A stretch of DNA of 38,052 bases from Chiloscyllium plagiosum (taxonomy: Eukaryota). The stretch is taken from assembly GCF_004010195.1 (NCBI RefSeq), contig NC_057718.1, forward strand, positions 9,091,664 to 9,129,715. The letters run 5' to 3'. Below, in pieces: positions 1-10,863 of the stretch. The position numbers and the translations under genes are program-made. Positions within the stretch are counted from its first letter, which is position 1, and each line of letters starts with the position of its first letter. The notes under the pieces were generated by a model that saw only the letters and a list, made by a program, of their open reading frames with translations, was not told the origin of the DNA and searched no databases.

Positions 1-522
1 TGTAATTCCAAAACCAAACTAACAAGCCCCTGTCGAGATTAGACATCACAAGAAATCATTTTCAGGCTGGCAGTGAAAGATCCTCATAAAACTCTTGTGA
101 TCTGCCTACAGAAATGGTCCTAGGATGATGAACGGTGTTATTGTATAACATACAAGGGAAGACAAGTGTTCTAACATACTGTGAGACTGGGGTAACTCCC
201 GGTGGATGTTGTGGGTTAGGGAGCTGACACCGGTTCTCTTTCTGAAGCCAGGTTAAGGGGCTGTTTCTACACCTCACTGAGGCCACGCGCTGGAAAGCAA
301 ACCCCACCAGTCCCAGAATCGTCACAACACTTAAAGATTTTGTCGAAATCTGCAAAATTCTGCAGTTTACTTGTCTTTCAGACCCAGGTTGACAGAAATC
401 ATGGAACAGGTTCTGTACTTACCAAACATTACAATTTATTATAAGCAAGTAGACCCTAGTGATAGTAAACAGATAGGAACCATTGACATATTGCGCTAAT
501 CCCCTTATAAATTCATCCCTAC

Positions 523-595
523 ACACAAACACGCACACACTAACTCTCAGGTACACACACAAACACACACTCACACGCACACACACACACTCTCT
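523..595. repeat. Imperfect (CA)n microsatellite
   Basis: cacacaaacacgcacacac...cacacacacactctct seen directly. Confidence 0.9.
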
Positions 596-1114
596 GTTGG
601 GAAAGGTTAAGGTGGATCAGGGACTGTGCTTTCATCACTGTTGCACCAGGTAACTAGAGTATGCTAACACGAATAACTCCTCGGCTATATCCTACAAAGG
701 AAGCACATTATGTTACAGGGTCCCCATCCCCTATCCCTCCAAGGCCCAGTGCGTGCTCCGCTCTCCAGTCCTGTGTTCAGCTCTTGGAGGGATTGAACAA
801 ACGTATCACAATACATTAAGATTTGATCGAAAGCAGACAGTGTCCAGAAATTGGACCTGTCCTATTACAAAGGTTCAGGCATAAGCAACAGTCTTTAAAG
901 CTGAGATGCTTCAAATTCTCAAAGTTTGAACCGAATAGGAAGCAATTTCAGAGCTGGCCTACTTTCTGTCACTCAGGATTTACCAGAGAAATTCACTGTG
1001 GGCAGAATTTTCAGGGCTATCTCTGATGTACCTGCTCAATGTTCAGCTGTTATGGAGAACTGAACATCAGCCACAGCAGCTGGTACAGAATCTTAGCCCT
1101 TTGAAATTATTCAT

Positions 1115-1635
1115 TTTATTTAAGGAAGTATATCATTTCATTGGAGACAGTTCAGAGAAGGTCCACGAGGATGATCCCTGCTATGGAGGGATCGTCTTAA
1201 GAGGTAAGATTAAACAGGGTTGGGACTCTACCTACTGGAGCTTAGAAGAATGAGAGGTGATCTCATTGAAACATAACAGATTCTCAAGGGACTTGACAGG
1301 GTCAATGCTGAGAGGATGTTTCTCCTCATGGAAGAGTCTGGGACCAGGGGGCATAATCTCAGAATATGAGATGAGGAGGAATTTCTTCTCTCAGAGGGTT
1401 GAGAGTCTTTGGAGCTCCTTGCCACAGATAGAGCTGTGGGCGTTGAGTCCTTATGTATATTTAAGGCTGAGATAGAGAGATTCTTGATCAGTCAGGGGAT
1501 CAAGGGTTCCAGAGAAAAGGCAGGAAAGTGGACGGGAGGAATGTAGGATCAGCCACGATCCTATTGAATGGTGGAGCAGGCGTGAGGTGCCAAACGGCCT
1601 ATTCCTGTTTCTATTTCTCATTGTCTCCTGGTCTT
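1115..1635 (+). mobile_element. CR1/HER1-like LINE, 5'-truncated 3' fragment
   Basis: Decayed ORF2 C-terminus (VQRR..., RGDLIE, RRNFFSQRVESLWSSLP) followed by a CR1 3'UTR. Confidence 0.85.
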
Positions 1636-1662
1636 AAATAATGCAGTAAAATCTTTAACCTA

Positions 1663-1770
1663 ATGGTCAGATATAGCCTAGGTTTACAGTATCATCTGAA
1701 GCACAGGACCTCTGACAATGCAGCACTCCTTGAGTACTGCCCTGGAGTGTCAGCTTAGACATTGTCTCTC
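1663..1770 (-). mobile_element. Deu-domain SINE fragment (SacSINE1/AmnSINE1-like)
   Basis: Minus strand reads ctgacactccagggcagtactcaaggagtgctgcattgtcagagg...tcagatgatactgtaaaccta, matching the Deu-domain core as recalled. Confidence 0.65.
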
Positions 1771-2656
1771 TAACCCTGCATTTAGTCTATAAAATATGCA
1801 GATATGGTCCCATTCACTTTTACGTGAGAAGAAGCAGGAAATCTCCACCTTCGCTCCAAAAACCCTAAAAGAGGCCGGTAGCCACTAAGTCAGTCATTAG
1901 GAAAGATAGGAAAGCCCAGCAAGCAGTACAGAGGTTCAATATAACATAGATACCAGATTTTTTTAAAAATTAAAAGCAGGAAATCACAGCAACCAGTAAT
2001 GCAATTTAAAGCTGTCATGAAGAATTCTATGCAGTTTGACAGAAATACCGAGTTCAAAAGGCCAGCAAACGAAACTAATACTGTTACATTGATGTGGTAC
2101 AGGGTCTACCTTTCTCCTCTCAGCAGAAAGCTATTCCTTGTAGACATCTTTTGTATTTGCCTTTCCGGGAATATACAAAAACGGGGTTAGAAAGGGTATC
2201 AACCCCGGACTGTGTGTACTAGTGGGAGAAGGTATGCTGGTAACTGAGACAGCATGTAAAAACCTCTGTTTGTGGGTTAGTGTGCTGTAAAGGCCAGAGT
2301 TGAAGGACCACTCACTCGTCACCCCTGCGTTGCAGGTAAAATGACAAACTAGTTCTGTTCGCTAGAGAGCAGCGAGCCAGTCAGAAGGAAACATAAAGGA
2401 TTCTCTCAGTCCGAGTGCTGCCAGCTAGCCATCACCAAATAAAATCATGACAAAAGGATTATAATTAAATTGCAAAGCCATCAGCATTCCACTGTCTGCT
2501 CCATACAACTACACAGAGAGACTGAGCTGTATATTATTAATTTTGTTTTGGACTCACTTGCTAATCCTAACCATGTGGCTGTGTGTTGTCTTATTCTTTC
2601 ATTTCATATTTAATACTAAAAAACCTCACTCTTATGTTACCCCAAGAAACTCCTGG

Positions 2657-3000
2657 TTTTTTTTTTCCCTTTATTCATTCACGGGATGAGGCCATCACTG
2701 GCTGGGCCAGCGCTTATTACCCAGAGGGCAGTTAATTCTCAGTCACATTGCTGTGGGTCTGGAGTCACATGTATGCCAAACCAGGTAAGAATGGCAGATT
2801 CCTTCCCTAAAGGGCATTAGTGAACCAGATGGGCTTTTCCCCAGCAATGGATTCATGGTCATCATTAGGTTCTTAATTCCAAATAGCTATTGAATTCAAT
2901 CTCCACCATCTGCTGTGGCAGGATTTGAACCCAGGTGCCCAGAACATTATCTGGGTCTCTGGATTCACAGTCCAGCGATAATACCACTAGACCATCACCT
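2657..3000 (-). mobile_element. Shark tRNA-derived SINE ('family B'), near full length
   Basis: Minus strand has box A-like tggtctagtgg, box B ggttcaaatcc and a tail ending catcccgtgaatgaataaa + A-run; many homologous copies in the window. Confidence 0.85.
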
Positions 3001-3120
3001 AGCAACTCCTTTTAAAACGTGGGTAAGGGAGGAGAGAACGAGGCAGGGAATAGAGAGAATTTCAGGGAACACAGCAGGAAAGGGGACTTGAACCAAGACA
3101 GTTCAAGCAGAGAAGCAAGA

Positions 3121-3311
3121 ACCATAGGGCTGCTCTCTCGTTAGAGAGAGATGACTGGTGATGGTTTTACCTGAGGATCACCACACCTAATATGAGGGGG
3201 TGATGTTCAGAAGGCAGACCCTATACAGTAACCTCACCTGGTGCAGGAAATTGAACCTACGCTGTTGGCACCGCAAACCAGCCATCCAGCCCACTGAGCT
3301 AACAAGCCCCC
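3121..3311 (-). mobile_element. Short tRNA-derived SINE ('family C')
   Basis: Minus strand begins ggggcttgttagctcagtgg...ggttcaatttcc; homologous to 13200-13405. Confidence 0.7.
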
Positions 3312-4221
3312 ATTTTCCAGGGCACATCCTGACTTGCAATTTGAAAAGCTTAAGCAGCTGACTTTTGACCACCGGGTATGGTGGCACTTGAGACAATGGA
3401 GCAGTGGTATTCAATGTCAATGGTCAGGGATAGTGGGAGGTGAAGGAGCAGGCCCTGGCTCTTGCTCATGTCTAGTGTGAGAGCTCATGGACACTGGCTT
3501 GGTATGGACACCAGCCTCCTGCAGTCAAATAGCCCACCAGGGACTGCTTCGACTGGCACTGTCCAATGGAATGTGTCCCAGGGAGGGAGGCATCACCTGA
3601 GAGTTATTGGATAGGGGGATGGGGTTTACAAAATCTACGCAGTTCACCTCCCCCACCTAATTTATACATCTGGGGGGACATGACGACAACGGTTGCTTCT
3701 GCCTTTTGGCAATCATGTGACAAGTTTCCTTCCTACAAATGACCTTTTCTCCTTCAAGCGAAAAAAAATTCCACTCGGAGAGGGAAAGAGAGAAAAAGAG
3801 AGAGAGATCTGCATTTCGAAGGCACAGCCAACACTTACAGCTGAACACTGTGACAGACCAGGTCTATTTATAGAGCTGTGTACTGTGTTATTCAGAAACT
3901 CAAGAGTAACAAATACCAAACATCAGCAAGTACTAATGGTACGTGACCACAGTTTCTGTCCAGTCCCCCTCTTCTCTCCTGGCTCCAAGACAATGATCTT
4001 TCCTGATAGTGTGGGGGCAAGAGGAGGAACATAAAGCCGTTCCACCCCGTCATGAACCAGACCAATAATCACTCTTCAAGTCTATGGCGTGGGAGCTGAC
4101 TAGGCGACAGGGAAAGCAAACACCCTAAAAAAGTGCTGTCCTCAGCTAATGCCCCGAAGTCTGTGGTGGTTCCATAATGAGGAGCAGCAAAGGATCTGAA
4201 ACTCTCCCAACTCTCCCAATG

Positions 4222-4378
4222 GGAATCAGGAGCAAGAGTAGACCATTCAGCCCATCAAGGCTGCTACATCATCCAGGAAATTCATGGCAAAAATGTTTGT
4301 GGCCTTAACTTCTACCTCCTTCACTCTCCACTCTCCCATTAACCCTCGACTCTCGTGTTGATCAAAAATCTATCTACC
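4222..4378 (-). mobile_element. Old CR1 3' end, outermost host of a nested insertion (continues at 7437-7590)
   Basis: gagtagaccattcagcccatcaag...gatcaaaaatctatcta resumes as aactcagcctcaaatgtattcaatgacc at 7437. Confidence 0.7.
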
Positions 4379-4380
4379 TG

Positions 4381-4435
4381 TGGAGGCAATGGCCTCATAG
4401 CATTATTGCTAGACCATTAATCCATAGATCAACAG
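4381..4435 (+). mobile_element. SINE family B, 5' head (split by CR1; remainder at 7195-7438)
   Basis: ggaggcaatggcctcatagcattattgctagaccattaatcc matches the family B head. Confidence 0.7.
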
Positions 4436-6208
4436 TCAACAGAGGGCAAACAATAAATAAATAAGGAGGGAGAAGATTAAATTTGAGGGTAAGCGAGCCA
4501 GTAATATAAAGAAAAACTGTAAGCATTTCTTTAGATACATAAACAGCAAACGAGAGACAATAGTGGACTTTGGACCACTGGAAAATGATGTCGGAGAAAT
4601 AGTAATGGAGAACAAGGAAATGGCCAAGGAACTGAATAATTACTTCACGTCAGTCTTCACAGTGGAAGACATAAGTAATATCTCAAAAATTCAAGGGAGT
4701 AAGGGAGCAGAGCTGAATATGGTGGCCATCACCAAGGAGAAGGTGCTAGAAAAAACTGAACAGCCTGAAAGTGGATAAATCACCTGAACCAGATGGACTA
4801 CACCCCAGAGTTCAAAGGGAGACAGCTGAAGAGATAGTGGAGGCATTATCAGGATCCATCAGGAATCACTAGTATCAGGAAGGGTCCCAGAGAACTGGAA
4901 AATCACTAACGTGACACCCCTGATTAAAAAGGGAGTAAGGCAAAAGACGGAAAATTATGGACTGATTAGCCTGACCTCTGTCGTGGGTAAGATCCTGGAA
5001 TCCATTGTGAAGGATGAGATTTCTGAATACTTGGAAGTGTATGGTAAAACAGGGCAAAGTCAGCATGGTTTCATCAAGGGGAGGTCATGCCTGACAAATC
5101 TGCTGGAATTTTTTGAGGAAGTAATGAGCAGGTTAGACCAAGGAGAGCCAATGGATGTTATCAACCATTCAAGAAGGCCTTTGACAAGGTACCACATAGG
5201 AAGCCACTGAATAAGATAAGGGCCCATGGTATTAGAGGCAAGGTTCTAGGGTGGATAGAAGTTTGGCTGTCTAGCAGAAAGCAGAGAGTGGGGGTAAAAG
5301 GGTCCTTCTCAGGATGGCAGCTGGTGACATGTAGTGTTCTGCAAGGGTCAGTGTTGGGACCACGATTTTTCACTTTATACATTAATGATCAAGATGAAGG
5401 AACTAAGAAAATTCTGGATAAGTTTGCAGATGATGCAAGGATAAGTAGAGGTAGCTTTGAGGAGGCAGGGAGGCTGCAGAAGGATTTGAGCAGATTAGGA
5501 GAGTGGGCAAAGATGTGGCAGATGGAGTACAACATGGGGAAATGTGAGGTCATGCACTTTGATAGGAAGAATAGAGGGATGGACCATTTTCTAAATGAGG
5601 AGAAATTCAGAAATCTGCAGAGCAAAGAGACTTGGGAGTTCTGGTCCAGAATTCCTACAGGGTAAACTTGCAGATTGAGTCAGTAGTTAGGAAGGCAAAT
5701 GCAATGATTGCATTTATTTTGCGAGGACATGAATATAAAAGCAGGGATGTATTTCTGAGGCTCTATAAGGCTCTGGTCAGATCACATTTGGAGTATTGTG
5801 TGCAGTTTTGGGCCCCATACCTCAGGAAGGATGTACTGGCCCTGGAGTGTGTTCAGAGGAGGTTCACAAGAATGGGTCAAGGAATGAAAAGATTAACATA
5901 TGAGGAATGTTTGAGGACTCTGGGTCTAAACTCGATGGTGTTTGGAAGGAAGAGGGGGGAATCTAATTGAAACTTACAGAATACTGAATGGCCTGGACAA
6001 AATGGATGTTGGGAAGATGTTTCCATTGGTGAGAGAGACTAGGACCCGAGGACATGACCTTAGAGTAAAGGGAAGACCTTTTAGAACAGAGATAAGGAGA
6101 AACCTCTTCAGCCAGAGAGTGGTGAATCTACAGAATTCATTGCAACAGAAGGTTGTGGAGGCCAGGTCATTGAGTATATTTAAGACAGATGGATAGGTTC
6201 TTGAGTAT

Positions 6209-7050
6209 TGTTATGAAGATGTGGGAACTATGCTTTTAAGAGAGTAAAAGCTAGCAGTGACAGCACCAAGTGTTCTCAATAAAACACACTGTAACATGTG
6301 CTCCAGCTAATGGAGTAGCTGGTTGCCTGGAAATGACATAAAAACAGGTTCAAATTAGGCCAATCAGTTTAAATTAGAGTGGTGCTGGAAAAGCACAGCA
6401 GTTCAGGCAGCATCCGAGATGCTGCCTGAACTGCTGTGCTTTTCCAGCACCACTCTAAACTCTGGTTTCCAGCATCTGCAGTCACTGTTTTTACCCAATC
6501 AGTTTAAACTATACCCTGAAAAACACCAAATTCCTATCAAGTTTGAATTGAGTATATTTGACAATCTTAAAAGTCAACGACACAATCCCATTCTCTGGGG
6601 TATAAGGCCGGGGAAATTGAACAGTTGGGAGAAGAGCTGCCAAGCCCAACATGTAAACCGACTGCCTGAAAAATAGCTCTCTTAAAGGTACCTTTATCAA
6701 TCAGTAACCTGTGAAGCAGAATCCCTAAGAAGACGAAAAGAAGACACAGGAAGATCCAAACAGAAGAACCGAAAGCTGCCTGGTTTTGAGATAAGAAGTT
6801 TCGTTTTGTAAATCTTAATTGGGAGTTTTATCAGACTAGTATTATAGAAGGGAAGGTAAAAGGTAGGTTAGAGGAAGGACTTGAGATCTGAGTTAATTAT
6901 TCTCTGTCATACTTTGAGAATTAAAATTGTTAATTTTTACTTTAAATAGTTCTTGGCCACTTGAATTTTTACAGGTTACTGCATGGCATAAATCTTTTTT
7001 TGTGTTGCTGGTTTTAAATTAAACAGGAGGGTTTACCCTGTGTTGTAATA
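6209..7050 (+). mobile_element. Solo LTR (probably Gypsy-type)
   Basis: Termini TGTTATG...TGTAATA, 4-bp TSD GTAT (6205-6208, 7051-7054), internal TATAA near 6601; host CR1 is seamless when it is removed. Confidence 0.8.
6374..6494. mobile_element. Penelope-terminus-derived hairpin insertion (family B)
   Basis: Perfect 41-bp inverted repeat 6374-6414/6418-6458, 36-nt tail, 14-bp TSD ccaatcagtttaaa (6360-6373, 6495-6508). Confidence 0.85.
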
Positions 7051-7194
7051 GTATCAAGGGGATCAAGGGTTACAGTGAGAAAGCAGGAGAATGGAGTTGA
7101 GAAACGTATTAGCCATGATTTAATGGTGAAGCAGACTCAATGGGATGAATGACCTAATTTCTGCTCCTATGTGTTATGTTCTATGGTCTTATTA

Positions 7195-7438
7195 ATGGGT
7201 CCAAACCCCACCATGGCAGATGGAAGAATTTTAATTTAAAATAGAATTTGAACAGAGGAATGACGAGTCAAATGATGAATGAAACCATCTGGTTCACTAA
7301 TGTCCTTTCAAGACGAAAACTGCTGTTTTACCATGTGACTCCAGACCCACAGCAATGTGGTTGAATCTTAACTGCCCTGTGGGCAATTAGGGATGGGCCC
7401 AACTAGTGTTACCCTAAGCCCATGTATGAATAAAGAAA
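7195..7438 (+). mobile_element. SINE family B, 3' part
   Basis: catctggttcactaatgtccttt...gactccagacccacagcaatgtggtt...atgaataaagaaa. Confidence 0.8.
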
Positions 7439-7618
7439 CTCAGCCTCAAATGTATTCAATGACCAAGCCTCCAGAATCACAGAAGGGTTATGGAGTAGAA
7501 GAAGACTATTCAGCCCTATGTGTATGTATTGGCTAATCAAAAGAGCACCTCCTGCTGACTGAGGCAGGGAATTCCAAACACTGACAAAGCTTGCTCAAAG
7601 AGGTAGCTCTTATAAAGA

Positions 7619-7768
7619 GTTAAAAATCACACGACACTGGGTAATAGTCCAACAAGTCCTCTGATAGCTGCCTGAGGAAGGAATGGGACTCCAAAAGGTG
7701 GACTATAGCCTAGTCTTGAGAGTTGTTTGGCTTTGTCCACCCCAGTCCTACACCGGCACCTCCACATT
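7619..7768. mobile_element. Degenerate Penelope-terminus hairpin (family A)
   Basis: gttaaaaatcacacgacac...ggactatagcc...cagtcctacaccggcacctcc, homologous to 22737-22965. Confidence 0.65.
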
Positions 7769-7769
7769 G

Positions 7770-8400
7770 TAAAGAGTTGTGAGTGAGGGCTGGTGAAGTT
7801 AAAGGAGGGAATTCAAGAGCTTGATGCGCGAGCCATCGAAGGTACAGCCACCAGCGATGGAGGAAGGTAATTGAGGGTTTTTTTTATTCATTCACAGGAT
7901 GAGAGCATCACTGGATGGGCTATCATTTATTGTCCATCCCTCATTGCCCAAAGGAAGAGGTAAGAGTGAAGCACATTGCTGTGGGTTTGGAGTCACTTGT
8001 AGGGCCAGACCAGGTAAGGACAGCAGTGTCCTTCCCAAAAGGGCGTTCGTGAACCAGATAGATTTTTCCAACAATGGATTCATGATCATCATCAGACATT
8101 TAATTCCAGTCTTTTTTTATTGGATTCAAATTCCACCACCTGCTATGGTAGGATTGGAACCCCAGGTCCCCAGAACATTACCTGGATCTCTGGATTAATA
8201 CTCCAGTGATAATCCCACTAGGCCATCACCTCCCCTAGCTCAGAAGGCCAGAATGGGAAGAAAGAAGAAATCTCCGAAGGTTGATGGGCTGGAGGAAGAT
8301 TGGAGAGATACTGAAGGGGAAGACCATGGAAAATAAAGGTATGGGTTTTCAAGTTGCAACAGTGCTAGACTGGGAAACACAAGCTGAGGTGCCTGGTGTT
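7770..8400 (-). mobile_element. L2-clade LINE fragment interrupted by a SINE
   Basis: Purine-rich ggagggaattcaagagctt...gaaggccagaatgg...ggctggaggaagattggagagata, typical of the L2 antisense 3' region; similar to 16200-16600. Confidence 0.55.
7878..8234 (-). mobile_element. SINE family B, full length
   Basis: T-run at left, tRNA-like head at right; homologous to 2657-3000. Confidence 0.85.
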
Positions 8401-8789
8401 GTGCCCATCATTCTCAAAATCCTGTGCCATCCACAGTAGGTCCAAGTTTCTCACTGTTCAGTATTGAATCAAGGAATTAGGGTCTGAATAAAGATAGGAT
8501 TCAATGTCAGACATTGACACTGTGTTCTGACAGCAGCCTTTGCAGGTAGCAAAGGGAGACAACAGTACAGTGGTAAAGCATCTGAACTAGCAATTGAGTG
8601 ACCCAAGCCAATGTTCTGAGGTTATGTGTTCAAACCCTAACTTCAATGAGGATGTTGAGTCCTTCCTGCTGGCTCTGCAATGTTCTCTGATGTGAAGGTG
8701 AGCTCAAAACTGCAGGCTATCGTTCCGTCCTGAAACTTAGAACAAACCTAATCATGTATTTGCTCCCACAAAGGTCACAGCCCTTTACA

Positions 8790-9417
8790 ATTCTGCAAAA
8801 CATCCTCCCGGTTCCATAATAACAACAAGATATTTCATGAATATCTTCAGCAATGACTGTTGGAGCTCACTGAAAGGACAAGGGCAGCAGATACATGGGA
8901 ACACCACTTCCCACAAGCTCCCGTCCAAGCCATTCACAGATTTCCTAAAATGTGGAAGCTGGCCATTTGGCCCATCAAGTCTCCACCAACTCTCCGAAGA
9001 GCATCTCACTCAGTCCCTGTAACCCTGCATCTCCCATGGCCAATTCACATAACCGGCCCATTTTGTTTGGACTGTGGGAGGAAACCAGAGCACACAGAGA
9101 AAACCCACATTGACACGGGGAGAATGTGCAAACTCCACGCAGACAATCACCCGAGGAGTGGAATTGAACCCAGGTCCCGAGCACTGTGAGGCAGCAGGGC
9201 TAATCACTGAGCCCTCCATCCTGACTTGGAAATATATCACCATCCCTTCAGTGCCGTTTGGGTCAAGCTTCTGGCAATCCCTCCCTAAGGGCATTGTGGG
9301 TCTACCTACAGGATATGAAAATCAGCTAATTACCACCTTCTTGATGTCAGTTGTGGATGAGCAGCAAGTTCACTTTGCCAACGATATCCACGTCCCATGG
9401 ATGAATAAATTAAAATC
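8790..9417 (+). mobile_element. 3' fragment of the LINE sharing its tail with SINE family B; split by an HE1 SINE
   Basis: aaggacaagggcagcagatacatgggaacaccac...ccaagccattcac | catcctgacttggaaatatatc...atgaataaattaaaa; homologous to 20900-21417. Confidence 0.7.
8939..9216 (-). mobile_element. HE1-type V-SINE
   Basis: Minus strand gctcagtgattagccctgctgcctcacag...gtggagtttgcacattctcccc...gtttcctcccacagtcc (V-domain). Confidence 0.85.
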
Positions 9418-9519
9418 AAACATGGAACAGAATAGGGGTTTCCAACAGTAATGAGAGAAGTTTTCTTTGTAAGTAAGTAGTTTGAATGGATTCTAATGTC
9501 TATGATGATGATGATGAAT

Positions 9520-9755
9520 TCTAAGGCCTTACTCCCTTTGGTCCATAGAGATGGAACATGGATTTAGGGTAAGACTTGGGAGGTTTAAAGGGTATTTGAG
9601 GGGTACCTTCTCATTGAGACAACCATAGAGAGCAGAAGCTTGCTAGTTCACAGTATCACATTTTAACAATAATTGAATACATGCTTGTGGTGACATAATC
9701 TACAAGATAGGGCTGGGTTAGGCGTGGTCAGTGCAGATCCTTTTGTACTGTGCCT
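9520..9755 (+). mobile_element. Highly decayed CR1 3' fragment
   Basis: gatttagggtaag...gaggtttaaagggtatttgagggg resembles the CR1 ORF2 end. Confidence 0.45.
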
Positions 9756-9980
9756 TCTTACAACTCCATAAGGACAAGGAGATTGTAAAGGATGGCACAT
9801 TTGAAAATCTTCAGAAACAATCACCTGCTATCATATTATGTTCTTGTTTTAGATGGAAACATACCAATCACACTCAAAGGTTGGAAAGGCAAAAATGTGG
9901 TGCTTTCTTTGAAGATATGGCTAGTTCCAGATAATGTTCACAGGGAACTATGGACAGCACATCTGATCTTGACTACTGTT

Positions 9981-10607
9981 TAGAGTCATAGAGTCATGGA
10001 GATGTAGAGCACAGAAACAGACCATTCGGTCCAACTCGTCCATGCCGACCAGATATCCTAAATTAATCCAGTCCCATTTGCCAGCACTTGGCCCCTATCC
10101 CTCTAAACCCTTCCTATTCATATACCCATCCAGATGCCTTTTCAATGTTGTCTTTGTACCAGCCTCCACCACATCCTCTAGCAGCTCATTCCATACATGC
10201 ACCATCCTCGCTACATGAAAAAAGTATCCCTTGGGTCCCTTTAAAACCTTTCCCCTCTCGCCCTTAACCCATGCCCTTCAGTTGTGGACTCCCCCATTCA
10301 GGGAAAAGACCTTGCTAATTCACTTAATCCATGCCCCTCAGGATTTTATAAACCTCAATAAGGTCACCCCTCAGCCTCCGACAGCCCCAGCCAGTTCAAC
10401 CTCTCCCTATAGCTCAAACCCTCCAACCCTGTCAACATCCTTGTAAATCTTTTCTGAACACTTTCAAGTTTCACAACATTCTTCCAATAGGAGGAAGATC
10501 AGAATTGCACGCAATATTCCAAAAGTGGCCAAACCAATGTCCTGTACACCCACTACAGAACCTCCCAACTCCTATACTCAATGCACTGACCAATAAAGGA
10601 AAGCTTA
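9981..10607 (-). mobile_element. CR1/HER1-like LINE 3' fragment
   Basis: (tagagtca)n tail at left, antisense CR1 ORF2 end; same subfamily as 13443, 28772, 37078 and 37838. Confidence 0.9.
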
Positions 10608-10863
10608 CTGCTTCAAGACTGGCCAACTAGTAAAACATTGGACTAATACAGTATACTCTAATGAGGTAAATAATGATTTCCTGCACTTTGACACACCACA
10701 TTAAAGTTATATACCTATCAAATTACAACTGTGATCTTCAGACTGAGTAAGAGACTAATCTGGAGGTATTTGATTCGATTTACTACTGTTGCATGTATCG
10801 AGATTCAGTGAAAAGTATTGGATTTTCTCTTTTGTAGATGAGAATTTTCTCAAAAATCGCTCC

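Larger units (their letters stand above)
4436..7192 (+). mobile_element. CR1-clade LINE, 5'-truncated, frameshifted ORF2 (reverse transcriptase); interrupted by a solo LTR at 6209-7050
   Basis: ORF pieces LNNYFTSVFT, NYGLISLTSVVGKILE, QHGFIKGRSCLTNL, QGSVLGP, KFADD, HLEYCVQFWAPYLRKD; 3'UTR ends in a (tatg/ctatg)-type tail. Confidence 0.95.

Noticed and set aside
3380..3600. Possible ancient SINE (LF-SINE-like)
   Set aside because: Similarity too weak to support without an alignment
4563..6196. Series of RT-like ORFs as an intact gene
   Set aside because: Frameshifted, 5'-truncated CR1 ORF2, not a host gene or an active element
7660..7700. Hammerhead in the degenerate hairpin
   Set aside because: The GAAA core and stem III are lost; not plausibly functional
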